Shown piece by piece: positions 10,385 to 22,600 of a stretch of 46,520 nt of DNA. The stretch comes from Paraphysomonas bandaiensis (taxonomy: Eukaryota > Protista > Chrysophyceae). The DNA lies in NCBI GenBank assembly GCA_965644295.1, contig CBFFRP010000590.1, positions 1-46,520 on the forward strand. Reading direction: 5' to 3'. Each line of letters opens with the position of its first letter. The first letter of the stretch is position 1. The notes below the pieces were generated by a model. That model was given only the letters and a program-made list of their open reading frames with translations. It was not told where the DNA came from and ran no database searches. Made by a program: the position numbers and the translations under genes.

Positions 10385-11476
10385 TTAGAGCTGGGTAGAG
10401 ATAATATAATCAAGTCCACTGGTAACTGCAGCAACTTGCGCAAGGGTGCACTCTTCATCAGTCACGGTAGCACTGTCTGGATATACCTCGGTGGTTGTCA
10501 CGAAGGGAGCCGCAGTCAGGCCCATGCAGAGTCCAAGCTGGCGAGCGGGGGCACAAAGCACCGCTCTCTGTACGACCGGCTCACCTGGCGAATACGGTCA
10601 GTAGCGAAGTGCAAAAACTGTACATTACTCACCCAGTAATGATTCTGACTCAGGTACGAGGTGGGTGACGGCCGATACCCCGTCGATGATAGCTTGCAGG
10701 AAGGCAGAAGTTGTCCGGTCACTGTCCCCCACGAGGTAAAACCCATCAGGGATCGTAGTCTCTTCTACAGCAATACCATCTCGTGCAGCCAGAGCAGGAC
10801 TACGAACGCACAATTACACACATCTAATATAAGATTTGTAACACCGGGCAACTTACCCGAATGTGGTCACATCTGTATCCGTTGTCTCGTGCAGATCGAT
10901 GTGCATGATTATGTCTACCTTGCGATCAGGGTCCGCACTGAGGGAATTCACAAAGTCAATGAGGAAAGTGGTCTCCTCAATTTTCTTATCATTGTTCTCA
11001 GGAGTATTAGGAAATACGAACGAACGATTGGGGTCAACAGCATCGGAATTCCAGCGGTTGATTGTCTCGTAACCCCAAGGACACACACATGGACACACAA
11101 TAAAATTGAAAGCATCATATTTAGACATCTGTGTTTCCATGAAGCGAATCGCGCCTTGCACACCACTTGTCTCATAGCCATGGATACCCCCAGTAACTAA
11201 CACAGTCTTCTTGTTATTGTCCCAATTGCGAGATCTTACTCCGAAGAGAGGATAATTATTCACAGTCAAAGAGAGGCAGCCGTACTGAATCACATCAAAC
11301 TTCTCCTTGAGAGGTTCAAGTTTTGCAAGCACTTCTTCACGATAGGAGCGCTTAATCGACTGCTGTTCAAACCACTGCCGTTTCTCACTCTCGCCCCACT
11401 TAACTCCTTTCGTGCCTATGGGCTTCTCATAGAACATCGTCTTGTTTGCATTGGATGGAGCAGAAGCGACACTCAT
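10385..11476 (-). CDS. M14-family zinc metallocarboxypeptidase (succinylglutamate desuccinylase/aspartoacylase-like), 328 aa
   Basis: Motifs TGGIHGYETSG (HxxE), INRWN, DPNRSF, HIDLHETTD, PALAARDG, TTTEVYPDS. Introns 10800-10856 and 10585-10632 give an intact frame. Confidence 0.88.
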
Positions 11477-11926
11477 TTTCAGCAATAAGGTTCTTAAACG
11501 TAATAGTAATGACAGTAAGAGTGCGTCGATGTCTATCGGCAGCAGTGTAACAGTGAAACACTCACAGCAGCAGCTCCGTCAGTGTCTTGTGGACAACAGT
11601 ATACCTCTACGTATACCGGTAGCACTATACCGTATACGCATAGAGGACACACAGCCACAGGAATTATATACTGCTGTACTCTGCTGTATACAGTGCTGCA
11701 ATAAGAACAAAAATTGGTATACGTCATGGTATACAGCCGTATACCGTTGTGTGGGAGGGTGGTGGGATTTGTAGGGTGTGCAGAAGTGGCGTATTCTTCA
11801 TCGTATAATTCGAGGTGATCACAGGCACTGGATGGCAGTCTTAACATCTAGAGTGAGGAGGGTGTTCATATAGCGCACACCGAATTATCCAGTTGAAGTG
11901 TTGTATTTATATTGAAGTAATTTATC

Positions 11927-13355
11927 ATGTCAGGTGAAGATAAAATCCGTGCAAAAATTAAGGAGATTGAGGTAGACTGGATGAGTGTGTGTGGTGTGTG
12001 AGTAACTCCATTATGCAGACTGAATATGCAAGAACGCAAAAAAATAAGGCGACGGAAACTCATTTAGGTTTACTCAAAGCTAAACTCTCGAAACTTAGGA
12101 GAGAGCTGGCGGAGGTTGGCTCTGCTGGTAAGAAAGGCGGAGGAGGCGGAGGGGAGCGAGGCTTTGAGGTCAGCAAGTCTGGAGATACTAGGGTTGGCCT
12201 CGTTGGATTTCCATCTGTCGGAAAGAGCACCCTTCTGACGAAACTCACAGGCACATTTAGTTTAGCGGCTGGATATGAGTTTACCACACTTACTGCAATC
12301 CCTGGAACCATGCACTACAGGTATATGCACCAGCAAACGATTTTGCAGCTGTAATTGTGATATTAACAGAGGGGCCAAGATCCAGATATTAGATTTGCCT
12401 GGTATTATTGAGGGGGCCAAGGATGGTAAGGGTCGAGGTCGACAAGTTATAGCTTCCGCGTACACCTGTAACGTTATCCTGATTGTCTTGGACGCGCTTA
12501 AGAGTCTGACACACAAGAATATCATAGAAAAGGAGTTGCATGGGTTCGGAATCCGCCTAAATCAGAGCCCTCCAGATGTTCTATTTAAGTATGTCGACTA
12601 TATTACTTTATACTCGGTATAACATATGGTTTGCTGATACAGGCGAAGGGAAAAGGGACCTGTTAACTTCCAGGCCATGGTTCCACAGAGTGTTCTTACA
12701 CAGGACCTGGTGCAGGCCATATGCCGGGAGTATCGAATCATGAGCTGTGATTGCATCGTACGCGAAGATATTACCGTTGATCAACTCATAGATGTCATAG
12801 AGGTGCGTGCCTATTTGTAATCACAACATCCGGTAGTGAGTTATTTCTCCTCAGGGTAACAGGCGTTACATTCCCGCCATATACGTGCTTAACAAAATCG
12901 ATCAACTGACTATTGAGGAGCTTGATATTATCGACCAGCTGCCATATCACGTTCCTATATCCGCTGCGTAAGTATTTTTACCACTGGTTTGATGGCTTCT
13001 GATAATAGCGCAGACATGAGTGGAACTTGGAAGAGCTCCTGGAACGCATATGGGAATCCACTAATATGATAAGAATATATACCAAGGTATGTGTGACACG
13101 ACTTTTATTTAAAATTTGACTGATTATATTTGATGTGTGTAGCCAAAGGGCCAAATACCGGACTACGGATCGCCTGTGGTGCTACACGCTGCCCAACCAA
13201 CTGTAGAAGACTTCTGTAACCGAATCCACAAGCAGATTCTCGCACAGTTGAAATACGCATGGGTTTGGGGAAGTTCTGTAAAACATCAGCCGCAGAAGTG
13301 TGGCAAAGACCATATCCTACACGATGAAGACATCGTCCAAATTGTCAAGCGATAA
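11927..13355 (+). CDS. DRG1: Developmentally regulated GTP-binding protein 1 (DRG1/Rbg1), 374 aa
   Basis: [58 protein letters not shown] and a C-terminal TGS domain. Six introns: 11972-12018, 12321-12369, 12589-12642, 12803-12854, 12968-13013, 13087-13142. Confidence 0.93.
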
Positions 13356-13920
13356 TTAGGGAGTTGTAGTGGTGTTAATTACGCTTTTGCTTGGTATTAG
13401 TAGGGAGAAGATTTCCGTAGCTTGACAAGTATTCGGAGTCACACTAAATGACTGTGATATACTCAATTAAATGAACTAAAACGCTTATCATTGTCCACAT
13501 ACATTTGGCTTCACATTCATTCTTGTTTTTCACTCAATCAATGCATTATTCTGTAGAAGATAATTTACCTTCTCGCCGTGTTTTAGACTACAACAGACAG
13601 ATTCCTCCAAATATTTGTCATATTGTATAACTTAATGTGATGAAATATTCCTTTTCAAAAGTACAGGATATATGAAACTATTGGAAATTGACATTATTAG
13701 CAGGTTAAGTAAGTAATGAAACTACAACCAATTTCTAAGTACGTATTTGAAGCTTGTTGAAGTCTATTGTTGGTAGTTACCCTGTATCCTATGGAGCAAT
13801 GAAATACAGAATCTACAGGACTACGATATAGGAGTAGATATTAAAAGTATACAAAGAAACTGAATATATAGTAACTGTTAAAGATACGATTTGTAGAATA
13901 GAATAATGTTGGTAAAAAAA

Positions 13921-14054
13921 CAGGGAGGCGGGAAAAAGAGGCAAGCCCTTTTTTTAACCAAAGACAAAGAAACATCAAGTCCAAACAGAAATTTCAAACA
14001 TTACAAAAAAAATTGAAGAGTATAGAGCTTTAATTATTTTTTTCCGCCTCCCTG
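13921..14054. mobile_element. Small MITE-like element
   Basis: cagggaggcgg(g)aaaaa ... ttttttccgcctccctg termini around an AT-rich core. No clear TSD. Confidence 0.55.
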
Positions 14055-14419
14055 TTTTATTTTGGTGATTGATGTTGGTATGGCGTATGACATCCAGGTA
14101 GTTTTGAATATAAAAGGATTTTTAGCAAACTGAAATATGTAAATTATAAGATATTATAAATATAGAATATAGAGAGATGTAGATCACAATTGCAAATTAG
14201 TTGATTATTGAGTGAGTTTAGTGGCTACTTAATTAAGTTAAACCATCCCAATGTCAATAACGGTTAGAATCGATGACCGCGCAATGCATACATTGAGTAC
14301 TACTGCACCAAAGTGTATTACAGTTACTAAATAGATCAATAATACACAACTTCTACATAAAATTTAATTCTACATTGTAAGTATTTGCGCAAGCAAAGGA
14401 AAATATACAGAAAAATACG

Positions 14420-15838
14420 TTACTTATTTTCAGCATCAGTAATACTCCCATAAGATATAATAGGCACTATTTCGGCTGGAGTACCCTGTTGTTGTCCAGT
14501 AAGAATCTTGGCCCTCACCTCTGCTACGCCGTGGGAATAGCCAAGATGAGGTGATTGTGGATAATATGTAGAAGTTGTATCCAGTAAATGGGCTGCTGGG
14601 TTTAACGGAACCTCTTCATCACCGTGGAAAGAATGGGGTTTAGAATTTAAGTATGATAGCATCACTTCACCTTGTGGACGAGGCAGGTGCATGTCTTCCC
14701 GAGAGAGGGAGTGTGACCGCATTCGGCGCATCGGCACAGTGTGACGTGAGAGAAGTAAAAACCGTTGCTTACGAAGCTCACCAGCAAACTCTGCAGAGCT
14801 CCGTATTCGCCTGGGGTCATCCCATCCATCCTCCCCATCTTCAGATGCAGATGTCGCAACCAGAGTGGAGATTAGCAGAAGTGCACACCCAAATAGCTCC
14901 GGCTTAGACAATACTTCCCCTAAAAATATATAGGCAATAACGACTGTCACTAAGGAATCCAGACCCATTAGCAGCGCAGCCCGAGACCCTGAGGTATTCA
15001 TCTGTCCAAGTGTATCCAGAACGAAAGCGAATGCTTCGAGGATCCCAGTTGCGGCGATAATACCTAGACATCCCAGGGCTGAGTAGTTTACAGGTGTCTG
15101 AAATGCTGGAAGAATAGTGCTAAGCCCGTCTGGTTCCATTATCATAGCAGCGGCAATGCAGAGTACAGAAGACACCGCCATCTCAAAACAAGATATATCG
15201 ATACCACTAACGCGATCCACACTGTAGTCAATAGCCAGAATGCTGAGGGCCCACATAACGGCCCCAAAGAGTGTAAGGAGTTCGCCAAATGAAAGAGAAT
15301 CAGCAAAAGAATTTTCACTGCAACCTGCAAGAAAATAAGACCCCAACAGACTGATACCCGCGGCCAGCCAAGTCAATGTATTCATTTGATCGCCTGATCC
15401 GGGAAGAAAGTGCTGTATTATAGGTGTAAAAATGACATATGTACTTGTTAAAAATGCACTTTTCCCAGCCTCTACAGTAACGAGACCAACTTGTGAACAT
15501 GTTGATCCAATGAAATTAGGAACTGCACACATAATAGATAATAATATTAATTCAAAGTATGAACTTTCAGAAATCTGCGATGGAAACCATCCCCTCAAGT
15601 ACGTAATGATCGTAGATTCAGGGGTTTCATTATCCAATTGTCCAGGAGTTTCAGTTAATCGCTTGAAGCGAGATCTTGTACAGAAGAGAAAAGCGGTGGC
15701 TACGATATGCTGAAGTGCATTGAATGTGAATGGGCCCAAACCAAGTTCCATCGCTCCTCTGCTCGTCACTATTGAAACTCCGTATAAAAACGTTCCACAT
15801 AAAATTAGAATCTCGCATATCGCTCTATCCGAAAACAT
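14420..15838 (-). CDS. EamA/DMT-family membrane transporter with hydrophilic C-terminal tail
   Basis: About ten hydrophobic segments in two repeats (GLVTVEAGKSAFLTSTYVIFTP; GELLTLFGAVMWAL; RAALLMGLD...FLGEVLS..ELFGCALLL). Confidence 0.88.
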   Translation of the reverse strand: MFSDRAICEILILCGTFLYGVSIVTSRGAMELGLGPFTFNALQHIVATAFLFCTRSRFKRLTETPGQLDNETPESTIITYLRGWFPSQISESSYFELILLSIMCAVPNFIGSTCSQVGLVTVEAGKSAFLTSTYVIFTPIIQHFLPGSGDQMNTLTWLAAGISLLGSYFLAGCSENSFADSLSFGELLTLFGAVMWALSILAIDYSVDRVSGIDISCFEMAVSSVLCIAAAMIMEPDGLSTILPAFQTPVNYSALGCLGIIAATGILEAFAFVLDTLGQMNTSGSRAALLMGLDSLVTVVIAYIFLGEVLSKPELFGCALLLISTLVATSASEDGEDGWDDPRRIRSSAEFAGELRKQRFLLLSRHTVPMRRMRSHSLSREDMHLPRPQGEVMLSYLNSKPHSFHGDEEVPLNPAAHLLDTTSTYYPQSPHLGYSHGVAEVRAKILTGQQQGTPAEIVPIISYGSITDAENK

Positions 15839-16629
15839 TTATATTTTCAAGTTATACGATACTCTATATTGTTGCAGAACTGTGGAGGTGAAATACTCGA
15901 CAAACATATTGCACAACCAGTCTAGCATATACACTATCCAAAAATCGTGCGGGCCTAATCGACAGATCACCCGTCACACAGAATAACCCCATCACACCAT
16001 TACATTAAATCAAAAACGATGGAACAAACAAAACATCTGTTTGCATAGTTGTCGTTGTGGTGGTATAGTAACAGCAATTGCCACTCTCTCTGTCACGATT
16101 AGACAACAGCCAATCATATCATTGAATAAGCATTTGATACGGTAATAATGGTTTCCAACTGCACTGTAATACAGTGTATTTCAACCCTGCCCTCTGACTA
16201 ATGTATTTCACGGTATTCCTGTATACAGCACGTATATGAAAGAATTCAAAATTAAATTTTTTTTCATATTTCAAAAAACAGTTCTGCCTTTTTTTTTTGT
16301 TGTAACGCCAGTCGAGGCTGTATATGCTGCTAGATGTATTATACGCATAGACGAGGATAGCAGTATAGTAGTATACGATATACGGCATATCGTATATGTG
16401 CGTATGGGTATGTATGTGTCTGTGTATGTATGTGTGCTCATATCCCTTCCAACATGATGTTATAAATTATCTCCATGATATGCCCCACATTCTATACATG
16501 ATCTCGGCTATATCCCTTCATTAATTTACTTCCACCGGTCACATTATTCGAAGAGATCTTGCCGATCAAGGCGCTTATTGTGTGTAGCTCAGAGTACCGT
16601 ACAATCCTCTGGTGCTGTACGATAGAAAC

Positions 16630-19600
16630 ATGCCAGATAAGAGACATCAGTTTATAGCAGAGAGTATTTTCTCTCTCACACGACTTGGAAGTGAGTCGAG
16701 TATTGAATCAGATGTCGCATCCTCGAAAGATGTCTCGAAGTTCCTGGATGATGGGAGGTATATCACACCGTCATATCAGATTATGGTGTAGTTAACTTCT
16801 CTTTGCAGCGTGCTGTCTCTCAAAGCAATTATGTTTCAAGACGGCAATCTAGTATTGACTACAAACTTCAGCTCTACTATTACTTATGAGGAATCATCTA
16901 TCGAAGTGGTATTTTTTAAGAGAAGCACAGATCCAATTGACGAGCACAACGTCAGTCATGTTTTAGAAGTGCAGTCTCTACAGGGGCTTCCGCTAGATTC
17001 CCTCTACCACAGTTTGAGGGGTGTATGGTGCCCAACATTGCTCACTAGTAATGAATGGTCGAACAAGCTTCCCCCACGCGTAATGCAGCTACTCACTGAG
17101 CTGGAATCTGTGCTGGGCGACTCTAATCGCGAGGGTGGGTCACAGGAGGAAGGGGGTCTTGATAATACAACGAGCATGTTGAGCCCAGCTGATGAAATCA
17201 GATTTTGGCAACAACTAAAGGACAGCCGACGTATTCCGTACAAGGCTCTTGTGGATGCTGTTGATCAGAGTCTGGCAGAGATATCTTCTCCCGGCTTTAC
17301 AGATTTAGATACGTTAGACTTTGCTGCTTTAAAAGATCTAGTTAACCGCACGATGGATGCCCTAAACAGCATATGGAGCTTCACTGGGGCTCAAGACGGA
17401 ACTCTATACCCGAAACGGCGTATGGAACACCTCTTCAACTGCATCGGGGGAGCTTTATGTCGGCGTACTCAGCAGCTGCTTGCTGACTTGGATTTGTGGC
17501 ACGCGGCTCCAGGGACTGTACGGCAGCAACTCCAGCAAGCAATTAGCGTGTGCAAAACGTGGTGTGATGTTCCCACTAAATTGACTAGTACATTTTGGCG
17601 AGGTGGGGAGAGACCTTGGAAAGGTGAACCCTTTACTGACACCTTTTCTACCGCCTTTCTGAGTCGTTTGGAAGAAGTATTGAAATTACGCAGCCTTTCT
17701 GAGGAACTGGGCGATCTATTGGGTGCAGAGGAGCGGTCCTCATTCAACTTCGACGATATGTTCCGCCCTCTCGAGGAGACTAACCCTTTGCTTTACAACC
17801 CATACACTGAGGGTACCTGGAGGCGCGCTGTATCGGAGTTCGAGAAGACGATTGACCCTGTTGAAGAGGCGGTGGCGATCAAGTTCAGGCGGACGGTGGC
17901 TCCTGTACTAGGCCAACCACAACTGCTTTTGAGAGAATTCCAGAAGTATAGAAACCTTCTGGAAAGGCCAACGATAAGACGATCTATGATATCGGAGCGT
18001 GAGTCACTCCTTACTCAGCTGAAAGAGCTCGTCAGCAAGATTGAGATGTCTGTGGACACTATTGAAGCTTCCAAGGGTGACCTCGACGACGCCCAGGTGT
18101 CGGGTTCTGTATTCGCTGGAGTGCATGGAGCTATTCTCTTTTCTCCCCGAGTGAACAACATCGTGATGTTACGACAGTTGTCTGCTCGCACTGCTTCCGC
18201 GTTGAGTACATCACAAGAGCTTTTGTCCGACCTTGAAGGGTTCTCGAGGTTCCAAAGTCTGTGCAAGTCGCTGCTATCACGCATTAAGTCAGAGGAGGAG
18301 TCCAACTTTGAGGGATGGTTGTCTCGTATAGAGGATATGGTGGAGGATGACGCACCCGCGCTCAGGTTGCAGGGGTCTCTGATGGGGTGGAAAGACGGCA
18401 TCTTGGTTGTTAATTTCTCTGAAGAACTTGTCAGGTTTCTGCGCGATGTAAGGCAGCTGGATGACCTAGGAATGCCACTTCCCAAAACTCCCATAGGCAG
18501 ATCAAAGAAGAGCATTCTCGATAAGGCAAAAGAAGCCAGCAAGTATTATCGCTACGGCATTTTACTCAAAAAGACTGCAAACTTTTATAACAGCATATCC
18601 GAGCAAATGATTGACGTTCAAGAGAATCTTCTTCTTGCCAGCATCAATGCATTTATTGACATTGTATCCAAGCCTTCGCTAACCCGCGATGAGTTCAACG
18701 TTTCCTGGAGCAATCCTGCTGAATGTGAGAACTACATACGTACGCTGCAAGATGCCGCTGAAAAGTTATCTTCGGAAAATAGATCTCTGCGAAAAGTCCA
18801 TGAAAGTCTTATCGCACAGACCGTATCTCTGATGAATGTAGACCTCTTACGACAGACGGATATGTGGAAGGGCAAGTGGAGGGCACTCAAGGAAAAAATG
18901 GCTGGGGTCCGTAGTCGATATGCAGAGCGAGACTGTCGAAGCTGGGTTCTACACTGGGACTATCAGATATACAAAGCACTGGAGGCAAGCTACCAGATGA
19001 TGCTTGAGTCGCTCAATGAGCAGCTACCTGAAATTAAGACAGAGCTCGTGTTCACAAATAAGCGACTAGAGTTCAAGCCGCCACTGGAAAACATCCGTCA
19101 GTCCTACTTTAATGAAATGAAAAAATTCGTTGCGATGCCCAATAATTTTGATGGGTTTGGAAATGCTACTGTTTTTCGCCGTATGGGTGCGCGGAACAGT
19201 TCTCGCCTTATTAAGGTATATGGTAGAGCAGAGCACCTTTTTGACAAGTTGGCAGCAGTCCTGGCGAAGTATGCCCCACTTGTTCGTCTAGGACAGGTAC
19301 CGGACTTAGACCTATATGTTGAAAACAATGTCACTCGACCCGAAGACTATGTCGCAAACTTCAAGATTCTAAAACAGAAGAGAAGGGATATCGACAAACT
19401 CCCAGACCATGAAAAGGTGGATTGTTGTACCGTGAGTCTCACACCGTTCAAAGGATATTTGGACGAATTGTTAATGAGGGTAAGCGATTCGCTACTAGTT
19501 AATCTGCGCCGTACAATCCTGGAGGAGTTCAAAGAGGTGGATTCTTTCCTGGTTCAAGCTGCGGAGCGCCTTAGTTCACGACCCCATACAGTTGATGAGA

Positions 19601-22600
19601 TCACTGAAGCGCAGAAAGAGTGGCGGGATCTCGGTGATCAAAAGGACAGAATTCGAGGTATTTCAAAGGTATGCGTAGAGAAAAAGAAGCTTCTGCTTCT
19701 GTATGCCCCTGGTAGTGCTGTTGATGTTAGCGAGGTGTTGAATCGTATGTCAAACCTTGATGGCGAGGGCGGTAGATGGGATGACTTTGACATCGGGATG
19801 GAGGCTTTCAACTTCATGATAGAAGACCAGAAAGAGGAAGCTAAAGCCGTACTAGAAGAAGAGGTAGTGAGTCTCAATAAGGAGATTGACAAGTTGGGTA
19901 GTCAGTGGAGACAGCTGAAACCCACAGGTGTCAAGAGTTACGAACTATCTGCTGTGTCTGAGGTTTTTGACAGTCTGGAGGAGTGGAAAAAGCAGTTCAC
20001 AACTATACAAGAAACTGCCGACAAATTGACGGAGTCCTGTGTATCGTTTGATATTTCGAAACCTCGTTTTGACGGTCTAGAGGCACTTGTTGAAGATCTA
20101 AACGAAACTAACAAATCGTGGGACCTCCTGAAAGAGTACCTCAACGAGTTGAACACCATTGCTGAGCAGGACTGGATTGGATTTTCTGCCAATGTCTATG
20201 AGCTTCAAGACTTCGCCATGAAATGGCATGAGCGGCTCAAGACAGCGTCGGCCTCCGATTCGACTGCGGACTACATTCTAACTTCAGTTGATAAGATGAA
20301 GAAATGTGTACCTGCACTTAAGTATTGTAATGGCGATACATTTGGCGATGATCACTGGACAGAACTATTGCAAGTAAAACTTCAACTCCCAATGAGCGTC
20401 AACAAGAGGGTAGTTAAGGTGGAGCACTTCCTATCTCGTTTGGACATACTTATTGAACCATCGACGTTAACTTTTGTCAAGGCATTGCAGTCACGTGCAA
20501 TGGGCGAGGTACAGATCAAACAATCTATCGATGAACTGAGCATGTGGGAGAAAACTGCCGAGTTGAACATTCTAACTACCGAAGAGAGCGGGAGGAAGAT
20601 ACCTCTCATAAAGGAGTGGAAGGACCTTGTACTTGCAATGGGTGACAAGCAGTCTCTTCTCTCTTCTCTGAAAGAGAGCCAGTTTTATGGCGCATTCGCA
20701 GTTATTGGAGAGGCTCTTGAAACCAAGATGTCAACTCTTGACAAGGTACTCACAACTCTGAACTCCATTCAAAGAAAATGGGTTTATTTAGAGCCTATTT
20801 TTGGTCGTGGTGCCCTTCCGGCAGAGGAGGCGAGATTCAAGCGTGTAGATGATGACTTCACTGATATAATGAGTGCTGTGGCCACCGACCCCAAGCTCTT
20901 CAATCTCGCGGATCCAAGGATTCACGCTAACCTAGTTGATAAACTTCGAAGCATGTTGGACCAGTTGGAGCGATGCCAGAAAGCTCTTGCTGACTTCTTA
21001 GAAGCCAAACGATCTGCAATGCCTCGCTTTTACTTTATTGGTGACGATGATTTACTGGAGATATTAGGACAGGCGAAGAATCCTGCAGTTATTCAGTCCC
21101 ATCTCAAGAAGCTATTCCAGGGTATTCATAGAGTTGAAATGAATGCGGACCACACACAAATACTGGCAATGATATCTAGTGCGGGCGAATCCGTACGCCT
21201 TGAGACTCCTGTGAGAATCAGCGAAAAGGTAGAGGATTGGCTGGAGCAACTCGCGCAGGAGATGCGCGATACACTGGCCGCGTTGCTGATGAAGTGCTTA
21301 AATGAGAAAGCCTTGGACTGGATGTATCCGTCACAAATACTGTGTCTGGCACAGCAAGTCAATTTTACTGACGAAGCTGAAGGGGCTATCGACAGCAGAG
21401 AGCTCGACAGTCTTCACAGCAACCTGATATCACAACTACGGCAGTTTACATCTATTGATTTTGCTGGCCAGCCGTTGGAGCAACTGAAAATGAAAAGCCT
21501 TGTAATGGATTTGGTTCACAATATTGACGTCGTGGACCAGTTGAGGAATGCAAATGCTAAGAGCATAACCGACTGGCAATGGCAGAAGCAGCTGCGATAC
21601 TATGTGGAGGGTAGTCATGCTGTTGTGAAAATGTGCGACGCGAAGTTCGCATATACGTACGAGTACCAGGGCAATGCACCGAAGTTGGTTCACACTCCTC
21701 TCACCGACAAGTGTTACCTCACTCTTACCCAAGGAATGCACATGGGTTTCGGTGGAAATCCCTACGGGCCTGCTGGAACTGGCAAGACGGAGTCTGTTAA
21801 GGCTTTGGCCTCGTGCATGGGGCGACAAGTACTTGTTTTTAATTGCGACGAAGGCATCGACTTCCAGTCTATGGGGAGAATATTCATTGGACTTGTGAAA
21901 TGTGGAGCGTGGGGTTGTTTCGACGAATTTAATCGTCTAAAAGAGGACCAGCTCTCTGCTATATCGCAGCAAATTCAAGTCATTCAAGATTCCATAAAGG
22001 CGAAAACCTCACCGATTAACCTTTTAGGAAGGAGCGTCGATGTTGATTTCAATGCCGGCATTTTTGTCACACTGAATCCTGCCGGTAAAGGTTATGGTGG
22101 TCGATCTCGTCTGCCTGATAACCTCAAAGCTTTATTCCGTCCAGTTGCTATGGGTCGCCCCGACAATGAGCTCATCGCAGAAGTTAACTTAGTCACAGAG
22201 GGGTTTACACAATCCAAAGACCTTGCTTCAAAAATTGTTTCGTTATTTAATCTCTCCAAGCAACTTCTGTCTAATCAGCAGCACTACGATTGGGGACTTC
22301 GTGCTCTCAAAGCAGTGCTCAATACTGGTGGCCGACTTATTCAGCGTTACAAAAGTGATGGTGCTGATATAACTGTCCAGATGGAATTTGAGATTCTGAT
22401 CAAAGCTGTTCGCGTGAATACACTGTCGAAACTAACATTTTCAGACACGGCTAAATTTTTGGCTCTCATTGGTGACGTATTCCCAGGAGTCCCTAGCGCA
22501 GACATTACCGGGGGTGAGCTCGAAGCTGCCATCCGTGAAGTTATGACAGAGAAGCCATTCCATTTAGTGGAGGATGCTGGACAGATCAAGAAAATGATTC

